This document shows, in pieces, positions 59,188 to 64,000 of a stretch of DNA of 64,000 bases. Source of the stretch: a virus; the IMG/VR virus record IMGVR_UViG_3300028883_000044, positions 16,793-80,792 of that record; one strand, 5' to 3'. The notes under the pieces are model-generated. The model was given only the letters and a program-made list of their open reading frames with translations, searched no databases and was not told the DNA's origin. A program made the position numbers and the translations under genes. The stretch's first letter is position 1, and the number at the start of each line of letters is the position of its first letter.

Positions 59188-59526
59188 ATGGCACAAGAAA
59201 AAGAAAGTGAATACAATATCTTTGTCCTCGTTCAAAATGATGAGGTACAGAGATTAGAGTCTGAACAGGGTGGTATAGTTACTACACCCTATGGGAAGTG
59301 GTACGCCACTTTCATTGAGTACGGGAATAATGGTTTGAACATTTCCGGACCAGTTCTCCTTAAGCAAAATGGTAAGGCACTCAGAGGGTTCGTGCAGTTT
59401 GATACATTACTGAAGCCCGTAGCAATTCGTGCATACCAAACACTATCAGAACAAGAATATGTAGTTCCAGTTCTTAGAGCAGGAAACAATAAAACTATGT
59501 CCTTCTGGATGAAAAAGGATAACTAG
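59188..59526 (+). CDS. Hypothetical protein (cassette 1)
   Basis: AAGGAG RBS. Confidence 0.75.
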   Translation: MAQEKESEYNIFVLVQNDEVQRLESEQGGIVTTPYGKWYATFIEYGNNGLNISGPVLLKQNGKALRGFVQFDTLLKPVAIRAYQTLSEQEYVVPVLRAGNNKTMSFWMKKDN

Positions 59527-59544
59527 AAAAGGAGTTAGTACAAA

Positions 59545-60081
59545 ATGGCTACAAATGAAAAAACAGAAAAAACTGAACAAAAAGCAAGTTCAACCAAGAA
59601 AGTGGAGTTCCCATCAATTCCTCTACCTATACTTGCTAGCGGTGGTGCACTCGAGGGGTGGGGTGCTGACTTAAAAACTTTGCAAAAGTTAGAAATAAGT
59701 AAGGACAATGGTAAAACTTGGGTTGCTATAAAAATTAAGGACAAAGGTGAAGGACAAAACTTACATCCTGAACAAAAGAAAGTTTTGTTGTTTACGGCAC
59801 TGGCAGTTCTAACAGGTAGTAGAGCGGATAGAGGCTGGGCGTACAAGATATGGTTGGCTGAACAATCTAAAGTAGTTCTGCAGTATTTTTCAAACTTACG
59901 CGTTCGTGTCAGCAGTCCGAACTCGGCAGTGCCGGGTTCTGATTTTAAGGTGACCGAGGCGTGTGCGTTCGCACAAGCAATGGCACCCATACTGAAACGC
60001 AGTAAGGACACATATCCACCTCGTTCACAAACGAGGTCGAAATCGAACGAAGAGGAGAGTTGGGACTACTCCATTGTATAA
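59545..60081 (+). CDS. Hypothetical protein (cassette 1)
   Basis: AAGGAG RBS. Confidence 0.75.
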   Translation: MATNEKTEKTEQKASSTKKVEFPSIPLPILASGGALEGWGADLKTLQKLEISKDNGKTWVAIKIKDKGEGQNLHPEQKKVLLFTALAVLTGSRADRGWAYKIWLAEQSKVVLQYFSNLRVRVSSPNSAVPGSDFKVTEACAFAQAMAPILKRSKDTYPPRSQTRSKSNEEESWDYSIV

Positions 60082-60111
60082 AGTTTAATAGATCAAGTCC
60101 CAAATAGATCA

Positions 60112-60216
60112 GAGGACAGGACACAGTTAGTCCTGTCCTCAAAATTTTTTGGGTTAAGCACTTTGCCATAGTGTTTAACCTTTCTCGTTATGCTAGCACA
60201 ACCCTGAGTGTTAGCA
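60112..60216 (+). ncRNA. Three tandem stem-loops (structured 3' UTR or small RNA)
   Basis: Stems 60112-60140 (11 bp), 60152-60180 (11 bp), 60191-60216 (9 bp). Confidence 0.45.
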
Positions 60217-60224
60217 CCCCTGTC

Positions 60225-60261
60225 AAGTAGGCACTCAATTTTTGAGTGCCTACTTTTTTTT
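60225..60261 (+). terminator. Rho-independent terminator, cassette 1
   Basis: AAGTAGGCACTCAA-ttt-TTGAGTGCCTACTT + T-run. Confidence 0.85.
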
Positions 60262-60547
60262 ATGTCCCATAATTTTTTAGAACCGAGTACGCACAAGAAC
60301 CAGTTACCATTTTCAGTAAGGACAAGGTTTCAGTTACTACAAAATGTCCCTACAAAAAATTGCGTGTATCTTAAAAATGCAAGTGTTACTCAGTACGCAC
60401 ATGGTGTTCGAACAGTATATGTAGGAACTCAGAAGTGTTATAAACTGAGTACGCACAGGGAAGTGTATAAAATACATATTAAATGGAGAAGTGTGCGAAC
60501 ATGCTTGGTGAAATTGTGCCTACTCCAATTCTATGTACGCTAGTCCC

Positions 60548-60576
60548 TTGTAAATGTACGCACTATATGGTATAAT
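60548..60576 (+). promoter_or_regulatory. Cassette 2 promoter with GT-N4-AC in spacer
   Basis: TTGTAA-at-GTACGCAC-7 nt-TATAAT. Confidence 0.8.
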
Positions 60577-60627
60577 TTAGGTAGGGAAAAACCGTTCATC
60601 TGAACGAGATTAGAAAGGAAGGACATA

Positions 60628-61656
60628 ATGGCAAGAAGGAACTTAAAGCGGTATCAGACCGTAATTAAAGAAGGGGACATAAAGCTAGAGGGTGAACAGC
60701 TATTGTATGAAAGTTACAGTGCTAGCACACCAAATGGTAAGGACAAACGCTTGCAAGAGTTACTGAAAGAAAAGTACGGACAGGGTTCTGTTATAGGACC
60801 ACGCAGGGAAGTTGGCACTGGTTTTAAGCCACTAGTGTCAGAATTTCGTGCCTCCATATGGAGATGGTGCGAACTATTTCCAGAGGGCACACATGCAATA
60901 AGTATGAAAACTCTAATGGAAGGTAGGAACTTCAGTGAGTACAGGGATGAAGTTATACCTTTCATTCCGTTTGTACTGAAAGAGGGGGAGGAGTTAGAAC
61001 AAAGAGACCCCATCCATACAAGGATTTTGTGGACCATAGCATGTTTCTGGTATCACAAGGGAAACGGTCCTAAACCAGACGGTAGGCGTGCACCCAGAAA
61101 CAGGAAAAGCACTACTGATAATTGGATGGACACTCTAAAATGTCCTGTTTGTAATGTCATGTACACACTGACTAAACATGATAGGACAACAAAATCCAAG
61201 GAACAAATAATGTTGGACTACTCTACATGGTTAGCCAAACACAGTAAAACGTGCCAGTCCGAAAGAGAGTTCAGACAGAAAGTTTTAAGGCAAGCCAAAA
61301 AGAATCGTGAGTACAGAAAAGAGCAAGAGGACAAAAGAAATGCTATAGTCCAGCGGGATAAGGTATTAGCACGGAAGGCAGAGTTAGAACGGGGTATCAT
61401 AGAGAGGGACATAGAAATTCTAGCCTTACGACAAAAAGTGCAGGACACAGAACACTTTGAAACTCGTTTTGAGTCCCACATGAGGTATGCGGCTGAACAG
61501 TCGCAACTACAAGCAAAAATTCGTGCTAACATGGCAAAGAAGTTAGCACAAAAAAGAAAGGCTAACCCACCAGTTACCCTTGAGGACAAAGTAGAAAAAG
61601 CCTTACGAGATATGGTAGAGCACAACAAGCGTCGTTCAAAAAAGAAGAAGAAGTAG
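60628..61656 (+). CDS. Basic protein with CxxC...HxxxC Zn motif and coiled coil (cassette 2)
   Basis: CPVC...LAKHSKTC; Lys/Arg-rich tail; AAAGGAAGG RBS. Confidence 0.75.
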   Translation: MARRNLKRYQTVIKEGDIKLEGEQLLYESYSASTPNGKDKRLQELLKEKYGQGSVIGPRREVGTGFKPLVSEFRASIWRWCELFPEGTHAISMKTLMEGRNFSEYRDEVIPFIPFVLKEGEELEQRDPIHTRILWTIACFWYHKGNGPKPDGRRAPRNRKSTTDNWMDTLKCPVCNVMYTLTKHDRTTKSKEQIMLDYSTWLAKHSKTCQSEREFRQKVLRQAKKNREYRKEQEDKRNAIVQRDKVLARKAELERGIIERDIEILALRQKVQDTEHFETRFESHMRYAAEQSQLQAKIRANMAKKLAQKRKANPPVTLEDKVEKALRDMVEHNKRRSKKKKK

Positions 61657-61677
61657 AACAAGAATCCCAGTAACAAC

Positions 61678-61706
61678 AAAACCTCTGTTTACACAGGGGT
61701 TTTTTG
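61678..61706 (+). terminator. Rho-independent terminator, cassette 2
   Basis: AAAACCTCTGT...ACAGGGGTTTTTT. Confidence 0.8.
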
Positions 61707-61979
61707 TTTGGACAGTATTCAATTTTGATACTGAGTACGCACAATAATTTTCAATTTCAATAGAGTGTCCGTTACTGTTTAGTTGTCAGTACAGAGAACT
61801 GGGGGGTTTAGTAAACTCTAAATCAGAACAAGCTTTAATAGAAGATACCTAGTACGCACAATATGGTCCTTACATAGGAGTAAGGGAAATACTGAGTACG
61901 CACACCGCCACATTTCGCTTAAAACACTATTTAAATGAAGGTATGTGCGAACATGCTTGGAGAAATTGTCCTAACTAAC

Positions 61980-62008
61980 TTGACTTTGTAGGAACTGCGT
62001 GGTATAAT
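61980..62008 (+). promoter_or_regulatory. Cassette 3 promoter with GT-N4-AC in spacer
   Basis: TTGACT-tt-GTAGGAAC-7 nt-TATAAT. Confidence 0.8.
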
Positions 62009-62073
62009 ATAGATGACAGGGGAGTTCGTGTCCCCACTAAAATTTTAGTCCTAACAAGAAAGGGAGTGTAAAC

Positions 62074-62400
62074 ATGCTGGAAAAAGACTTACTTAGTATT
62101 AGTATGGTTGCTGCAGAAGGAGTGTCCTACGTGAGGGTATTCGTTCCCAGTAACCGCTCGTTTGTCCTAGCGGAGAAACGATGTCAGCGTTTAGAAAAAT
62201 TTCTAAACGACGAATGGGAGTGGGCACAAGCCGAGCTTACCTCTGATAAAGAGGGTGGCACACTAAGGTTAAAAGTGGCACCCGAATTGCTTATAAGGGT
62301 AACGACAGTCTTGTGCAAAGAGGTAGGCGTCATAACATGCAACCTTCCGTGTGCTCAAAGGGAAGGTGAGGAAGATTTAAATAGAGGTTGGAATGACTAA
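62074..62400 (+). CDS. Hypothetical protein (cassette 3)
   Basis: AAGGGAG RBS. Confidence 0.7.
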   Translation: MLEKDLLSISMVAAEGVSYVRVFVPSNRSFVLAEKRCQRLEKFLNDEWEWAQAELTSDKEGGTLRLKVAPELLIRVTTVLCKEVGVITCNLPCAQREGEEDLNRGWND

Positions 62401-62662
62401 AACCGTTATAACATACACAATGCGTGCTAACGACGACGCATCAATCCTAATAAAAGTTCCTGCAAAATTTTCAGTTTCCACAGAAAAAAATGTTAGGAAT
62501 ATTTTTGAAGAGATATACAAGGATATCGACCCCACAAAAGGGTGGTATGTGAACGAAACTTTAGGTGTAATAGAGTTTCGTGTCCCAGAAGAAATTTTAG
62601 TTGAAACATATAACCAAGTGTTCGACTTGGTTATAGATAGTGTCTACGGAGGTGGTGTGTAG
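62393..62662 (+). CDS. Hypothetical protein, apparent paralog of 62074-62400
   Basis: GAGG RBS; aligned motif pattern. Confidence 0.7.
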   Translation: MTKTVITYTMRANDDASILIKVPAKFSVSTEKNVRNIFEEIYKDIDPTKGWYVNETLGVIEFRVPEEILVETYNQVFDLVIDSVYGGGV

Positions 62663-62689
62663 AGACATAATAATATCGTTCAGACATAA

Positions 62690-62719
62690 AAAGAGAGGGC
62701 TAACAACCCTCTCTTTGTT
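62690..62719 (+). terminator. Rho-independent terminator, cassette 3
   Basis: AAAGAGAGGG...CCCTCTCTTTGTT. Confidence 0.8.
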
Positions 62720-62945
62720 GTTAAATAGAATTCAGTATCTACATAATTTCAGTTAGGACAATATGTATACACATAGCTTCCCGTTAGGACATTCAATTTC
62801 TAAAGCATACTTAGTACGCACAAGATTCCCCTAAAATTAAAATAAAGGCTAAAAGTAAGGACAGCTTCTAAAAAGAAACTGAGTACGCACACGCCCGTAT
62901 TAAGAATCATAATCGTGCACACTAGAATACTATGTACGCTATGTC

Positions 62946-62974
62946 TTGACATTGTACCTACTATTTGATATACT
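62946..62974 (+). promoter_or_regulatory. Cassette 4 promoter with GT-N4-AC in spacer
   Basis: TTGACA-tt-GTACCTAC-7 nt-TATACT. Confidence 0.8.
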
Positions 62975-63027
62975 TATCTTATCTCATTAACTGCCTTTAA
63001 GGCAGATTTAACAGAAAGGTTAAAATA

Positions 63028-63288
63028 ATGCAAAGAGGTACAAAATTAGAAAAGTGGGACAAAAAGAGAATCGTGAACGATTTTCTCATAGAAAATTTCG
63101 TAAAGGTGCTCCCTTATAGGGGGTGCTCACTTATAAACGATTGTCCACAACACTACTCCATGCAAGACAAGCTTTTACAAGCGGCACGCACTTATCATAT
63201 GCAAACTACTACTAAACCGTTCGCAAATAACACTGCGATAGAAAATTACGGATACGTCCTAACTATGAAAAGGTTAGGGTTATGCTAA
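63028..63288 (+). CDS. Hypothetical protein (cassette 4)
   Basis: AAAGGT RBS. Confidence 0.65.
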   Translation: MQRGTKLEKWDKKRIVNDFLIENFVKVLPYRGCSLINDCPQHYSMQDKLLQAARTYHMQTTTKPFANNTAIENYGYVLTMKRLGLC

Positions 63289-63572
63289 ATACAGTGCACA
63301 CCCCTCTAGTGGAAATAGTCAAGGCATATTATGGTTCAGCCTTGGAATTCATTGTAGACAAGAATCCCTGTTTAGTCAGGGATTCAGTTAGACCTATAGG
63401 CATTTGGGTTTACTCAGAAGATTGTACCTGTGAAATGCTTATAGAATATACCATATTTATGTTAGACCAAAAATATAGGTATACTCAGGAGTTTATGTTT
63501 GGAAAGAAGGGGAAAGGTGGAAAAGGATTAAGAGTTCCTATAAGAATCCCACTATCCTTACTGACAGACTAG
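63282..63572 (+). CDS. Hypothetical protein (cassette 4)
   Basis: Overlaps upstream stop. Confidence 0.65.
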   Translation: MLNTVHTPLVEIVKAYYGSALEFIVDKNPCLVRDSVRPIGIWVYSEDCTCEMLIEYTIFMLDQKYRYTQEFMFGKKGKGGKGLRVPIRIPLSLLTD

Positions 63573-63581
63573 TGTAAACAT

Positions 63582-63611
63582 AAATCCCCTTGTAAGGGCA
63601 AGGGGATTTTG
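63582..63611 (+). terminator. Rho-independent terminator, cassette 4
   Basis: AAATCCCCTTG...CAAGGGGATTTT. Confidence 0.8.
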
Positions 63612-63806
63612 TATTTAAAAGAAAACTCAATTTAGACAAAGCTATTTGTTAGGACAATTACAAAATTCAATTTACAAACTTTTTTTGTTAGGACAAAAAC
63701 GTTCCCACAAAATTCAATTTTGGAACTATTTCCGTTACTACTATAATCGTGCTAACAAACCCTTAACGGCGTTACATTGTGATTTTTTTCACAAGCGGTA
63801 ATTTGT

Positions 63807-63883
63807 GCTGGTGGCTGGTAGCTGGTGGCTGGTGGCTAGTAGCTGGTGGCTGGTAGCTGGTGGCTGGTAGCTGGTGGCTGGTA
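63807..63883 (+). repeat. 11 x 7-bp tandem repeat GCTGGT(G/A) containing six GCTGGTGG octamers
   Basis: Octamers at 63807, 63821, 63828, 63842, 63856, 63870; one unit is GCTAGTA; followed by (TA)n. Confidence 0.95.
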
Positions 63884-63961
63884 TATATATATATAAATGT
63901 AGAAAGAAAGAAAGAGAGGGGAAAAATATAAATATATATAAAAAGTGATACATGAAATCGT

Positions 63962-63990
63962 TTGTATATACTTGCAATTAATGATATACT
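63962..63990 (+). promoter_or_regulatory. Promoter for next unit beyond window
   Basis: TTGTAT-17-TATACT. Confidence 0.6.
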
Positions 63991-64000
63991 TAGGTATCTC

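Larger units (their letters stand above)
58844..61975 (+). repeat. Four copies of a 47-bp box (TATTAAATGAAG..GTnCGnACATGCT...GAAATTGTnnnnAC)
   Basis: 58844-58890, 58937-58983, 60477-60523, 61929-61975; each upstream of a promoter. Confidence 0.9.
58786..62890 (+). repeat. Dispersed co-oriented 13-mer ACTGAGTACGCAC
   Basis: Exact at 58786, 58812, 58906, 60444, 61730, 61891, 62878; variants at 60282, 60388, 61847, 62809; all intergenic. Confidence 0.95.

Noticed and set aside
2003-61679. Antisense ORFs in the track (e.g. 2003-2218, 10001-10384, 26443-26811, 42576-43148, 59535-60011, 61218-61679) and 60208-60543
   Set aside because: They are shadows of well-supported genes on the opposite strand or span repeat/terminator DNA, with no RBS or motifs
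58786-62890. CRISPR array or mini-array from ACTGAGTACGCAC repeats
   Set aside because: The repeat is only 13 bp, spacing is irregular (26 bp to over 1 kb) and interrupted by genes; the only Cas-like gene is a generic PD-(D/E)XK nuclease in the replication block
58883-63756. Integron attC sites (GTTAGG/CCTAAC-like words)
   Set aside because: They do not fit GTTRRRY/RYYYAAC, are not paired into attC hairpins, the cassettes have their own promoters, and no tyrosine recombinase is in the window
63789-63977. 62-aa minus-strand ORF
   Set aside because: It is a translation of the 7-bp tandem repeat and low-complexity DNA, with no RBS

Overview
A 64-kb piece of an AT-rich, large tailed phage genome, probably siphovirus-like. 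It uses the standard genetic code, sigma70-type TTGACA-17-TATAAT promoters and AGGAGG-type RBSs; the host cannot be identified from the sequence. There are four blocks. (1) 1-22.7 kb, minus strand: virion morphogenesis (terminase, portal, protease/scaffold, capsid, neck, tail tube, -1 frameshifted tail chaperone, start of tape measure), with a glycosyltransferase inside the neck genes and an 8-gene sugar-modification cluster butted onto terS. (2) 23.1-43.3 kb, plus strand: replication, recombination and nucleotide metabolism (PolA, RecA, SSB, DnaB, Hjc, primase, ThyX, dUTPase, class II RNR), a lysis pair, tRNA-Thr and a degenerate tRNA. (3) 43.5-58.2 kb, minus strand and extremely AT-rich: a phiEco32-type amidoligase/ATP-grasp/GATase cluster containing an atypical RuvB, plus a run of small paralog-like ORFs. 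(4) 58.7-64 kb, plus strand and GC-richer: an array of self-contained promoter-gene(s)-terminator cassettes separated by conserved repeats. Block 4 is the most unusual part. About 90 GT-N4-AC palindromes (hand count) cover both intergenic and coding DNA, one sits exactly 2 nt after the -35 box in four promoters, and the block ends in a tandem array holding six GCTGGTGG (E. coli Chi) octamers. All functional calls come from motif recognition by eye; no database search was run.
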